Source: an uncultured Bacilli bacterium
Lineage (GTDB): Bacteria; Bacillota_I; Bacilli_A; RF39; UBA660
Assembly (NCBI GenBank): GCA_934167665.1
Contig: CAKPLN010000003.1
Span: 65,137 to 129,136, forward strand
Length of the DNA: 64,000 nucleotides
Direction: 5' to 3'
Below, piece by piece: positions 18,597 through 27,414 of the stretch (positions are counted from its first letter, which is position 1; each line of letters starts with the position of its first letter). Under the pieces are notes generated by a model. It was not told the origin of the DNA. It did not search any database and saw only the letters and a list, made by a program, of their open reading frames with translations. The translations under genes and the position numbers were made by a program.

Positions 18597-19215
18597 GATT
18601 TTAAACAGTGGCTCGGATGGGAACTGCACACTAATAAATGACATTTTAGCTATTGACATGGGAGTTAGTTATAAGCTGCTAACTCCTCACGTTGAAAAAT
18701 TGAGACTAGTTCTCTTGACACACGTTCACTCAGATCACTTCAATAAAGCCACAATAAGAAGATTGGCCAAAGATAGGCCAACACTAAGATTCGGTTGCTG
18801 TGAATGGTTAGTACAGGAATTGATAAACTGCGGTGTTGATAGAAGGAATATTGATGTATATGAAATTGGCTTATTTTATGATTATGAATTATTTAAAATA
18901 ATGCCAGTAAAACTTTACCATGACGTTCCAAATTGCGGCTATAGAGTATTTTTTGGAAAAGAAAAGTTAATCTATGCAACAGACACATACACATTAGATG
19001 GAATTAAGGCCATAGAGTACGATTATTACTTGATAGAGGGTAATTATCAAGATGAAGAAGAATTAAACTCTAGAGCCACAAATAGCTATTATGAGAGCAG
19101 AGTTAAAAAGACTCATTTAAGCAAAGAATATGCAACCAACTGGCTACTTGAAAATATGGGTTTGAAGTCAGAATATCATTGGATGCATGAACATAAGGAG
19201 AAGAACAATGAATAG
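18586..19215 (+). CDS. MBL-fold metallo-hydrolase (phage exonuclease partner of RecT, putative)
   Basis: HVHSDH metal-binding motif. Paired with recT. Confidence 0.6.
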   Translation: MNYKILNSGSDGNCTLINDILAIDMGVSYKLLTPHVEKLRLVLLTHVHSDHFNKATIRRLAKDRPTLRFGCCEWLVQELINCGVDRRNIDVYEIGLFYDYELFKIMPVKLYHDVPNCGYRVFFGKEKLIYATDTYTLDGIKAIEYDYYLIEGNYQDEEELNSRATNSYYESRVKKTHLSKEYATNWLLENMGLKSEYHWMHEHKEKNNE

Positions 19216-19732
19216 TACAATAAAATGTTCTAATTGCACTAATAATAATGTCTGTTCAAGGTGCGGTGAATGCTGTACACCTTTTATACCGATCACTCAA
19301 AAAGAGTGTAAAAGAATAAAAAAATATATCAAAGAGAATAAAATTCAACCTACTGAAATTAGAGAAGGTAACAATATTTATTTGAGATGTCCATTTTATG
19401 ATAGAAAAAACAAAAAATGTAATGTATATCCAGTTAGGCCAGAAGTGTGTAGAAAATTTATTTGCTCAAATAATGAAAAAACAATAGATGATAATAGAAA
19501 ATATTATGATGCTAGAGCAGATATTAATGGAAATACAAACAAGTTAACTCCAATGGATTTGTTGTTTTACGATAGACTAGATACATTATTCTACTATATT
19601 CAATGGCAGTTTAACCCACAGTCAGAAGAACAATTAATTGAAATTTTATACAAAATTGGTAGAGCGGATGTAGCCAAGGCGATTATAAGCAAAAATATAA
19701 TTGTAACTTGGTCAGGAGATGAAAAATGTTAG
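19187..19732 (+). CDS. YkgJ-family Cys-rich (CxxCxxCC) zinc/iron-chelating domain protein
   Basis: CSNCTNNNVCSRCGECC; true start probably MNSTIK (19211). Confidence 0.4.
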   Translation: MNIRRRTMNSTIKCSNCTNNNVCSRCGECCTPFIPITQKECKRIKKYIKENKIQPTEIREGNNIYLRCPFYDRKNKKCNVYPVRPEVCRKFICSNNEKTIDDNRKYYDARADINGNTNKLTPMDLLFYDRLDTLFYYIQWQFNPQSEEQLIEILYKIGRADVAKAIISKNIIVTWSGDEKC

Positions 19733-20034
19733 AGCAGTTAAAACAGGATATAGAGCAGTATAGAGCAGCTATGGAAGATTTTTATAATCTTATTCCGGAA
19801 GATATAGAAAGTGCATATCAGTTAGCTATGGTGTTCATGCAACTAGCCAATAGATGGGCAGAAATCCAACTGAATGCTAATAAGTACTGTACTTATTTAG
19901 GAGTTTCAAGAACTTCATTTAAAGATTATGCATATCAAAAATACAGATTATCATCAAAAGCACATGAGTTTTGTAGAGTGGTATGGCGACAGGGTAAGGA
20001 AGAATACAATAATAGTTTTAATAAAGAAATTTAG
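19726..20034 (+). CDS. hypothetical phage protein
   Basis: ORF. Confidence 0.3.
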   Translation: MLEQLKQDIEQYRAAMEDFYNLIPEDIESAYQLAMVFMQLANRWAEIQLNANKYCTYLGVSRTSFKDYAYQKYRLSSKAHEFCRVVWRQGKEEYNNSFNKEI

Positions 20035-20043
20035 GAGGAAATT

Positions 20044-20304
20044 ATGTTTGAATTTATAAAGAAAGCAAAAAGAGAATATGTAGGAACAACAATATTTGTT
20101 ACAAAGAATGAAGACGTAACAGTAGAAAAGTTATTAGATATTATAGTTAGAAACATTGAGAACTATGTTAGACAAAATCATACAATGCCAGAAAAACTAA
20201 GACTAAGTTATAACAATTACTCTAGAATAATAGATTATAATCACACTTTGGTTGAAAGACGTGAGGGTAAATATTATACGTTTGGAGTACAAATTGAAGT
20301 CTAG
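20044..20304 (+). CDS. hypothetical phage protein
   Basis: GGAGG RBS; ORF. Confidence 0.3.
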   Translation: MFEFIKKAKREYVGTTIFVTKNEDVTVEKLLDIIVRNIENYVRQNHTMPEKLRLSYNNYSRIIDYNHTLVERREGKYYTFGVQIEV

Positions 20305-20521
20305 ATATGTTGTTAAAGATGTTGTAACAGGAAGATATTTGACAGACAATTATTATAGAGCATCAGGCGATAATTGCCTGTCATATTTTTTAGAAGATGC
20401 TCACGAATTCACAGCATTCGAATTGAAATTAGCTAGTGTTACACGTTTAAATGGCAAAACAGGGTATAGAGTATATAAACTAAAAAATGAAGAAGAAAGA
20501 GGTATTATTTATGTTAAATAA
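20252..20521 (+). CDS. hypothetical phage protein (start uncertain, overlaps upstream ORF)
   Basis: ORF. Confidence 0.25.
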   Translation: MKDVRVNIIRLEYKLKSRYVVKDVVTGRYLTDNYYRASGDNCLSYFLEDAHEFTAFELKLASVTRLNGKTGYRVYKLKNEEERGIIYVK

Positions 20522-20711
20522 AGGTCAAAAAGCAGCAATAGTTATTGCATTAATCGGAATTTTAATGATAGTAATGGGATTTACAATCGGATTAATAGAT
20601 AAAATCAATGAAAACAGATGTATGAACATGCCAACTAGTGAAGTATTCAGCGATAAAAGCTGCAGTAGATACATAACTGATTACATAAATCGTTGGACAG
20701 ATGAATGGTGA
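20487..20711 (+). CDS. small membrane protein
   Basis: One TM helix plus CxxxxC. Confidence 0.3.
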   Translation: MKKKEVLFMLNKGQKAAIVIALIGILMIVMGFTIGLIDKINENRCMNMPTSEVFSDKSCSRYITDYINRWTDEW

Positions 20712-21096
20712 AAAAGCGATTATGATAAATATACTAGATGAACTAAAAAAAATCAAAATGTATATAGATGAAAATTACGAAGTAGATTCTGAAATAAAAA
20801 AAGCCTATATTCACGAATATAGTTTGATTATAAAAATAAAAAAATACGATATTAAAATAAATGTTTCAAACAAGAATCCAAAGTCATACATCCCAGATAA
20901 CTTTGGTCTGTATTTAGAATATGATGCCAATAAAAAATATCAAAACGAACTTTGCTATGCTGGTGGTGGATATATGACGAAGTATTTTCCTGGCGAATAT
21001 GGTGAAATCGATAGTTATTTAAAAGATTTTGGGGTCACAAAGACAGAAAGACAAACAACAATATTTGATTTTTTCGAAGAGGACAACTATGCCTAG
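20701..21096 (+). CDS. hypothetical phage protein
   Basis: ORF. Confidence 0.3.
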   Translation: MNGEKAIMINILDELKKIKMYIDENYEVDSEIKKAYIHEYSLIIKIKKYDIKINVSNKNPKSYIPDNFGLYLEYDANKKYQNELCYAGGGYMTKYFPGEYGEIDSYLKDFGVTKTERQTTIFDFFEEDNYA

Positions 21097-21586
21097 GCAA
21101 ATTAAAACTTGTAGAAGAAAAACACTAGATGATGAATTTTTTACATTATATAAAGATGTGGTAAGAGAACTTCATAAATATAATTTAAGAGGAAAAAGGA
21201 TTATATGTCCTTGCGACAATAAAGAAAGCAACATATATAAGTATTTAAAAGATTGCTACTATGATGTTAAATGTGATGACAAAGAGTGGAGAAACGTTGA
21301 TTATTCAAAATATGATTTAGTAATAACTAATCCTCCATTTAGTCAAGTTAGAGAGTTTATTAGACACTTAGTTAATCAAAAAATAGATTTCATAATTATT
21401 GTTAGCGATGTCCTACGATACAGTATTAAAAATGGAAAAATAGATTTTGGTACTACACTGTACAAAGGTTGGGATGCACAAAAATTTTATAGACCCGATG
21501 GAAGTATTAAAGCAGTACATTGTGGCTGGATTTCAACGATCAAAGATGACTGGGGAGAAAACAAATTATTAGGAGGAGTGAAGTAA
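21089..21586 (+). CDS. small orphan DNA methyltransferase-like protein (N6-adenine/N4-cytosine class, NPPF motif)
   Basis: DLVITNPPF matches catalytic motif IV of amino-MTases. Start taken at MPRQIK (21089). Unusually short at about 165 aa. Confidence 0.45.
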   Translation: MPRQIKTCRRKTLDDEFFTLYKDVVRELHKYNLRGKRIICPCDNKESNIYKYLKDCYYDVKCDDKEWRNVDYSKYDLVITNPPFSQVREFIRHLVNQKIDFIIIVSDVLRYSIKNGKIDFGTTLYKGWDAQKFYRPDGSIKAVHCGWISTIKDDWGENKLLGGVK

Positions 21587-21592
21587 ATCGGT

Positions 21593-21892
21593 ATGGGTGA
21601 AAAAATAGAAGAGATTTTTAAAAGAATCGAGTTATATAAAGCATTTGATAGTTGTGGTTTTGAATTTGCTGATGGCTTTAATTGTACATTCGATAATATT
21701 GCAAAATGTTATGACGATAGATTAGAACTATATGAATTAGTTAGGAAACAACAAGAAACGATTGATAACATAACAAATGCTATACAAGGAGATATAGATG
21801 GTTTTCAAACTATAAACGAGCATGGTGAAAGTACTGAAATATTAGAATTACTAGAAATTTATGTAGACATATTGAAAGGAGTATCAAAATGA
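21593..21892 (+). CDS. hypothetical phage protein
   Basis: ORF. Confidence 0.3.
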   Translation: MGEKIEEIFKRIELYKAFDSCGFEFADGFNCTFDNIAKCYDDRLELYELVRKQQETIDNITNAIQGDIDGFQTINEHGESTEILELLEIYVDILKGVSK

Positions 21893-22116
21893 ATCTAGAA
21901 GATATAAGAAATATGTCAGATTTAGAATTGACGAGATATTTGAATAATGTATCTCAAAGAAACACTCAAATGTGTTGTAAATGCTTAAGAGCTACTTTTA
22001 AAGAAAATAGAATAACACTTTACACCTATAAGGGTTGTGATAATAAAAAATTATGTACATTGTGTAAGGATTGCTATAGTGATCTATTGGACTATTTGGG
22101 AATAGCAGATAATTAA
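21889..22116 (+). CDS. hypothetical Cys-rich phage protein
   Basis: CCKC...C...CTLCKDC. Confidence 0.3.
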   Translation: MNLEDIRNMSDLELTRYLNNVSQRNTQMCCKCLRATFKENRITLYTYKGCDNKKLCTLCKDCYSDLLDYLGIADN

Positions 22117-22127
22117 AGGAGAATTAA

Positions 22128-22379
22128 ATGATTAAAACATGGGTTACTAGGAACAAATATATTCGGCTAAGGGTTGTAAGAGTAGGTCGTTGTTATAGAG
22201 CGGATATATCAATAAATAAATATGCTTATGATAAAAGGGAAGAAAGGTACTATGAAATAAACTTCGATGTATTTAGTCCTTACGATTATTCTTCAGATGA
22301 AGAAACTTATGAAAAGGCAAAAGAATGGTTGTATGAAGAATTAAAATTGTTGCAAGATGCTGTAGGGGTGTTGAAATGA
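22128..22379 (+). CDS. hypothetical phage protein
   Basis: ORF. Confidence 0.3.
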   Translation: MIKTWVTRNKYIRLRVVRVGRCYRADISINKYAYDKREERYYEINFDVFSPYDYSSDEETYEKAKEWLYEELKLLQDAVGVLK

Positions 22380-22687
22380 ATAAGTATGAAGATGTAAAAG
22401 CATATCTTGACAGAAACACAAATAAACGAGCAGATGATTTTGATAGTATCTCGGAATATAATTTATATCTTAGAATAGGTCAAATGTATAGAGAATTAGA
22501 ACAATGTAAATTGTCTTATGAAAAGTTATTAAATACTGAAAAAGGTGATATGGTTAAAATCATGTTTCAAGCAAGACAAGATTTATATAACGCAAGAAGT
22601 TGTAATCCCAGAAAACAAGATTTAATAGATGGTATTAATTATGCAATAAAAGATTTGGATAAAATTTTAGTTTTAAAGGAGAAATAA
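22376..22687 (+). CDS. hypothetical phage protein
   Basis: ORF. Confidence 0.3.
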   Translation: MNKYEDVKAYLDRNTNKRADDFDSISEYNLYLRIGQMYRELEQCKLSYEKLLNTEKGDMVKIMFQARQDLYNARSCNPRKQDLIDGINYAIKDLDKILVLKEK

Positions 22688-22692
22688 GAATA

Positions 22693-22896
22693 ATGGAAAA
22701 AACATTTGCTTTATATAAGGGTGAAGAATTTATTGATATAGGAACTGCAAAAGAATTGGCAAAGAAAAGAAATGTAAAACCTGAATTTATTAGATATTTA
22801 AGTACACCAGCAAATAAAAGAAGAATAGATAATCGTAAAAACAATAATAAACCTAGCAAGGCACTAATTAGTGTAAAAATGGATAATGAATTTTAG
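22693..22896 (+). CDS. hypothetical basic phage protein
   Basis: ORF. Confidence 0.3.
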   Translation: MEKTFALYKGEEFIDIGTAKELAKKRNVKPEFIRYLSTPANKRRIDNRKNNNKPSKALISVKMDNEF

Positions 22897-22911
22897 AAAG
22901 GAATATAACAA

Positions 22912-23127
22912 ATGAATTTAGATGAAATATTACAAAAAGATTTAAGTCCTGATATATATTGCTTAGTACATAATAAAATAGTTAATTTAGAACAACAAGT
23001 CCAAAAGCAAAAAGAAGTCATTAATAGAGCAATAGAATTTACGAATAAAAATTGGGGTACTTGGTGTACTCATCACATAGAATACATGACTGAACTACAA
23101 GATATATTAAAAGAGGTGTCAGAATGA
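22912..23127 (+). CDS. hypothetical phage protein
   Basis: ORF. Confidence 0.3.
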   Translation: MNLDEILQKDLSPDIYCLVHNKIVNLEQQVQKQKEVINRAIEFTNKNWGTWCTHHIEYMTELQDILKEVSE

Positions 23128-23435
23128 AAAGAGAATGTGAAACTTGCATAAAAAGAAAAACATTATATTGCCCTACTTCAATTGAATGTATGGCTACTGA
23201 TGATATGCCTTATTATCAAAATAGAATTATGCTATTAGAAGAAAATGAACAATTACAAGAAAAAATTGAAAATTTAGAGCTTAATTGGAAAATAATCAAA
23301 CAATATTGTTTAGATGAACAAATACCAGAAGAATATGATGAATATAACTCTTGTATTGAATTTAGTAATAGTGTTTATGATAACATTTTAAATAAAATGC
23401 AAGAACTAGAACAAGGAAGTGATAGTAATGAATAA
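23124..23435 (+). CDS. hypothetical phage protein (N-terminal CxxC...C)
   Basis: ORF. Confidence 0.3.
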   Translation: MKRECETCIKRKTLYCPTSIECMATDDMPYYQNRIMLLEENEQLQEKIENLELNWKIIKQYCLDEQIPEEYDEYNSCIEFSNSVYDNILNKMQELEQGSDSNE

Positions 23436-24012
23436 AGAGAAGTTTATTGAAATGTTAGAACAAGCAAAAGAAGACGAATATGGAAGATTGTATGTTTTAG
23501 GAGAATATAATAACAAAATATATTTTGGAACAATAACAACTGTTTGTGAAGATATATTTAGAGATAATGATAGTGCTGAAATATATGACAGACATTTTTG
23601 GAATGATGATACTTTAGAGTGTTTTGTAGTATCAACTAAGCATGATGAAGCTATCGAATATAAAGAGCCTGAAAGAATAGAAGAAATAAGGCAATTAAAG
23701 AAACAACTTGAAGAACATAAAAATATATATATAAAAAAAGTAAATAATTTTTTAGCAGAAGATGTAGAACCTGATCCAGAAGACCTATATATGGCAGAGT
23801 TAGAACAAAGAGCAATGGATTGTGAGCTAATGGAAATGCAGCAAAAAAAGTTTATAAAATATTTAAAAAATAAAATAAATAAAATCAAAGAACAAATCAA
23901 AAATTATGATATATGGCATGAAGTAGGAACTGATATTAATTTTTTAATACTTAAAAAACAATTCTATATAGAAATTTTACAAAAATACAAAGAAATAGGA
24001 GATGATAAATAA
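23419..24012 (+). CDS. hypothetical phage protein
   Basis: ORF. Confidence 0.3.
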   Translation: MIVMNKEKFIEMLEQAKEDEYGRLYVLGEYNNKIYFGTITTVCEDIFRDNDSAEIYDRHFWNDDTLECFVVSTKHDEAIEYKEPERIEEIRQLKKQLEEHKNIYIKKVNNFLAEDVEPDPEDLYMAELEQRAMDCELMEMQQKKFIKYLKNKINKIKEQIKNYDIWHEVGTDINFLILKKQFYIEILQKYKEIGDDK

Positions 24013-24524
24013 TGCATTGTAAGGGACATTTGATAACAGATAAATTACCAACAGAAGATGCAATTCGTAAAATATTAGGAAAATATTCAGAAGATGAGCC
24101 AGGCATAAAAATATTTGAATATGATTGGTATGCCATTGGTGGAAGATATGGTGGGAGAATCAAAATAAAATTTAATCCAGCAGAAAATGAAGATGGATAT
24201 TTTCTATTTCAGCATAGAAACAACAAATATTTCATTTCTAATATATTAAATGAATTAGGCAATAATATATTAAAATATGACGAACTAGATTTATTAAAAT
24301 ATATGGGTTTAAATGATAAAGTATTATATGTTGATGGTGGCTATTATGAAGACATAATTAATTTTGAATTAGATAATTGCTATGTAGTCATTACTGAAGA
24401 CGAGGTAATTCCACGAGAAATTTGGAATGGCGATGATTGGATTGATAATGAGAATTTTGATAAAAAAATTTCAAAATTATCTTTAGATGGTAAATTTATT
24501 ACTGTTATAGATTTTCACTATTAG
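24012..24524 (+). CDS. hypothetical phage protein
   Basis: ORF. Confidence 0.3.
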   Translation: MHCKGHLITDKLPTEDAIRKILGKYSEDEPGIKIFEYDWYAIGGRYGGRIKIKFNPAENEDGYFLFQHRNNKYFISNILNELGNNILKYDELDLLKYMGLNDKVLYVDGGYYEDIINFELDNCYVVITEDEVIPREIWNGDDWIDNENFDKKISKLSLDGKFITVIDFHY

Positions 24525-24534
24525 GAGGCAAAAA

Positions 24535-24717
24535 ATGGAACAAGAAATAACATTAACGATGTTGGTAGTTATGGCTATAATACTATGTACAATGACAATA
24601 TTCCGCATGAAATTCAAAAGAGATATGTACATAGCACATTTAAAGAATTATGGAGAAGGCACATCACTTATTGATGACAATATAATAAAAAAATTGTTTG
24701 ATATTCAAGACGATTAA
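24535..24717 (+). CDS. small membrane protein
   Basis: ORF with one TM helix. Confidence 0.3.
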   Translation: MEQEITLTMLVVMAIILCTMTIFRMKFKRDMYIAHLKNYGEGTSLIDDNIIKKLFDIQDD

Positions 24718-24765
24718 TTTCAGTTAAGAAAAATTAAAAAAGATTCGGTTAGGAAAGGAAAAATA

Positions 24766-25194
24766 ATGACGTTAAAAGAAGTTAATTATGAAGTTGAACG
24801 ACTAGAAAATGAATTAAATAAATTATTGAGAGACAAGGAACTTTTGGAGACTTTAGTAGATCCAAAATCTACAGATTATACAAAAATTATGGTTGATGGT
24901 GGAAAACATACTAATATACTTGAAGTATATATATTAAAACAAGATTTAGCCAGGTGGCAAGATTTGGATAAGAGAATAAAACAAACTCAAGACCAAATTA
25001 AAAATGACTTAGAGTGGATAGATAATGAATTAAAAATACTAAAAAAGTATGATAAGGTTGAACAGTTGATAGTTTTTTACAAGGAGATAGATACAAAAAA
25101 TTATACTTGGTATCAAATAGCATCTAAGGTTCATTATTCTATATCGCAATGCAAAAGATTGTATAGCAAATATAAGAATAGGAGGGATATTTAA
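24766..25194 (+). CDS. putative late-gene transcriptional activator (ArpU/RinA-like, C-terminal sigma-r4-like HTH)
   Basis: 142 aa. C-terminal YTWYQIASKVHYSISQCKRL resembles an HTH. Position just upstream of the packaging module. Confidence 0.35.
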   Translation: MTLKEVNYEVERLENELNKLLRDKELLETLVDPKSTDYTKIMVDGGKHTNILEVYILKQDLARWQDLDKRIKQTQDQIKNDLEWIDNELKILKKYDKVEQLIVFYKEIDTKNYTWYQIASKVHYSISQCKRLYSKYKNRRDI

Positions 25195-25195
25195 A

Positions 25196-26077
25196 GTGAA
25201 GCGAGAACAAATATATAAACAATTAGTTGAATATAAAAAAATATTAGAAAACAAAGGATACAATGTTATTTATATAGGATTATATGGAAGTCAAAATTAT
25301 AATGTTGATGATGAACAAAGTGATATTGATTGCAAAGCAATTATACTACCAAATCTACATGATATTATTTTTAGAAAAGTAACGAGTATAACTATAGAAT
25401 TAGAAACTGGCGCAATAGATGTAAAAGATTTAATTACTTTTTATAATGTTATTAAAAAAGGAAATTTTAGTTACATTGAAGCGATAGATACACCATATTC
25501 AATTGGTGATAATTATGTTAAAGAATTGTTTAGACAGATAAGGCCAAACTTAAAAAGCATGTTAGGTGCTATGTATGAAAAAAGAAAAGCACTAACGCAT
25601 GAATATCCCAGTAAAGAATTGGAATTTCAAAAGTGGGGATTTGATCCTAAACAATACCATCATATTATAAGATTATTTGATATTTTAAGTTATATAAATA
25701 CAACTGGAAAACAAATAAGTTATTTTGAATATCAAGAAAGAGCCAGACAATTTATGATAGCTGAAAAGAGAAATAAAAATAATTATACAAAAGAACAGGT
25801 TGAACAATCCAGTAATCATATAATCGAGATAGCAAAATCATTTATTCCAAAAGATTACAAATATGAACCCACTGATTTATCAATAGATGTAAGTGAATAT
25901 ATAGAAAATAAATTAAAAATTGAAATGATGAATGATAATAAATTTACTTTTGCTAGAGAATATAGAACTTTTGATAATGGTGTACCTAAAAGAGATTTAG
26001 AAAAATTTCCAATATTGCGGGGCTCAAAAGATAAGGATATATCATATATAGTTTATGAAAGTATAGAAATATTATAA
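25196..26077 (+). CDS. Pol-beta-superfamily nucleotidyltransferase (minimal NTase/SMODS/KNTase-like N-terminus plus ~200-aa unknown C-terminal domain)
   Basis: GLYGSQNYNVDDEQSDIDCK fits hG[GS]-x9-13-[DE]h[DE]h. GTG start with an AGGAGGG RBS. Confidence 0.45.
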   Translation: MKREQIYKQLVEYKKILENKGYNVIYIGLYGSQNYNVDDEQSDIDCKAIILPNLHDIIFRKVTSITIELETGAIDVKDLITFYNVIKKGNFSYIEAIDTPYSIGDNYVKELFRQIRPNLKSMLGAMYEKRKALTHEYPSKELEFQKWGFDPKQYHHIIRLFDILSYINTTGKQISYFEYQERARQFMIAEKRNKNNYTKEQVEQSSNHIIEIAKSFIPKDYKYEPTDLSIDVSEYIENKLKIEMMNDNKFTFAREYRTFDNGVPKRDLEKFPILRGSKDKDISYIVYESIEIL

Positions 26078-26167
26078 TGAACCGATATGAGCCATTTTTT
26101 GTGAGACAATAATATTGTGAGAAAATAGAGAACCGAAAAATGTTCTCTTTTTGTTTGGAGTGATTAG

Positions 26168-26566
26168 ATGAAAGAAGTCACTAAATTGATGATAAATGAA
26201 TTTAAAATTAAGCAATTAGACTATGACTTTATGGGCTATAGCCTTCAAAGAGGAGATATATATACTTTTCATCATTTAATTATATCTAACAGAAATGGTG
26301 GACCTTGTGCGAGGTGGAATGGTGCTATCTTATGTGGAAGGACTTCTCATCCATACCTTCATCTAATAGAAGCAAAGGATTATGACATGTTCTGCTATTT
26401 AACAAGTGAAATGATAGACGAAAATGTTAAAGGTTACTTAGATTCAAACAACTTAAAAAGAATAGATGATTTATTGACCTGTTTTGAAAGAGAACATTGT
26501 TCCGACAGGAGTAAAAAAGGAAAATTGTTAATTAAAGAAGAGTATGTAATGAGAAAAAGATGGTAG
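26168..26566 (+). CDS. HNH endonuclease (terminase-associated)
   Basis: FHHLI...N...H...C..C motif. Located upstream of terS. Confidence 0.65.
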   Translation: MKEVTKLMINEFKIKQLDYDFMGYSLQRGDIYTFHHLIISNRNGGPCARWNGAILCGRTSHPYLHLIEAKDYDMFCYLTSEMIDENVKGYLDSNNLKRIDDLLTCFEREHCSDRSKKGKLLIKEEYVMRKRW

Positions 26567-26683
26567 TTGATATGAGAGAAAAGAATCATTTGGGGTTATG
26601 CATGAAATATAGTGAATCGTGTAAATTTTGTCCACGTTCAAAAAATGTGAAGAAGAGTTGAATATTGAAGAAAATGAACTTAA

Positions 26684-26757
26684 GCGGGTTAGTGTAAAGA
26701 GAAAAATGTCAGTCTCAGTAGCTGAAGATGAAGGTTCGACTCCTTCACCCGCAACCA
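26684..26757 (+). tRNA. tRNA-like element with degenerate D-arm (candidate phage tRNA, anticodon loop CTCAGTA, CAG?)
   Basis: GCGGGTT acceptor 5' strand, perfect T-arm GAAGG-TTCGACT-CCTTC, ACCCGCA-A-CCA 3' end, 74 nt. D-arm lacks canonical GG and stem. Confidence 0.3.
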
Positions 26758-26949
26758 AATAAAAAAGGAGAGGTGAATTTCTATGATAGAAGTAAAAGTG
26801 CTAATACCTAATTTTTTGGACAAAGAAAACAGAAATTTAGGTCTATTACAACCTGGATATACTTATTCAATAACAAAAGAAAGAGCTAAGGAATTAGCAA
26901 AAAAAGGAATAGTTGAAATAGTAAAATCAAAGAGTAAGGAAGATTAGCC

Positions 26950-27414
26950 ATGGCAAAAAGTAAGGTTGAGCGTTGGTTGACTAAAGAGGGCTTAACTTTA
27001 CTAGAAGGTTGGGCTCGAGATGGTTTAACTGATGAACAGATAGCGAAAAATTGTTCGGTGGTTCGTTCTACACTAAATGAGTGGAAGAAAAAATATCCGG
27101 CCATATCGGACACCTTAAAAAAAAATAAAGAAATAGCAGACTTTGAAGTTGAAAATGCTTTGTTTAAAAGAGCAAAAGGTTACACAATAACATTGATAGA
27201 ACAAAAACTAGACAAATATGGTGATGTGCATAGTTTAAAAAAGGACGTTCATGTTCCAGGAGATGTTGGGGCTATGATTTACTGGCTAAAGAATCGACAG
27301 CCTAATAAGTGGCGAGATAAGCAGCAAGGACAGAATACTACAGAAAATGAGGATGATGATAGAGTTATACTGGTTGATGATTTGAAAGATTATGAAAATA
27401 ATAAAGATAAGTGA
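26950..27414 (+). CDS. terS: terminase small subunit
   Basis: HTH-like N-terminus (LTDEQIAKNCSVVRSTLNEW). Upstream of terL. Confidence 0.7.
   Translation: MAKSKVERWLTKEGLTLLEGWARDGLTDEQIAKNCSVVRSTLNEWKKKYPAISDTLKKNKEIADFEVENALFKRAKGYTITLIEQKLDKYGDVHSLKKDVHVPGDVGAMIYWLKNRQPNKWRDKQQGQNTTENEDDDRVILVDDLKDYENNKDK

Noticed and set aside
17042-18631. Long antisense ORFs 17042..17377, 17527..17784, 17978..18631 (-)
   Set aside because: Shadow ORFs opposite the strongly supported DUF1351 and RecT genes; low-complexity F/S/L-rich translations, no RBS.
26528-26758. Minus-strand ORF MVAGEGVEPSS...
   Set aside because: Antisense translation of the tRNA-like element (GVEPS = T-arm); no RBS.
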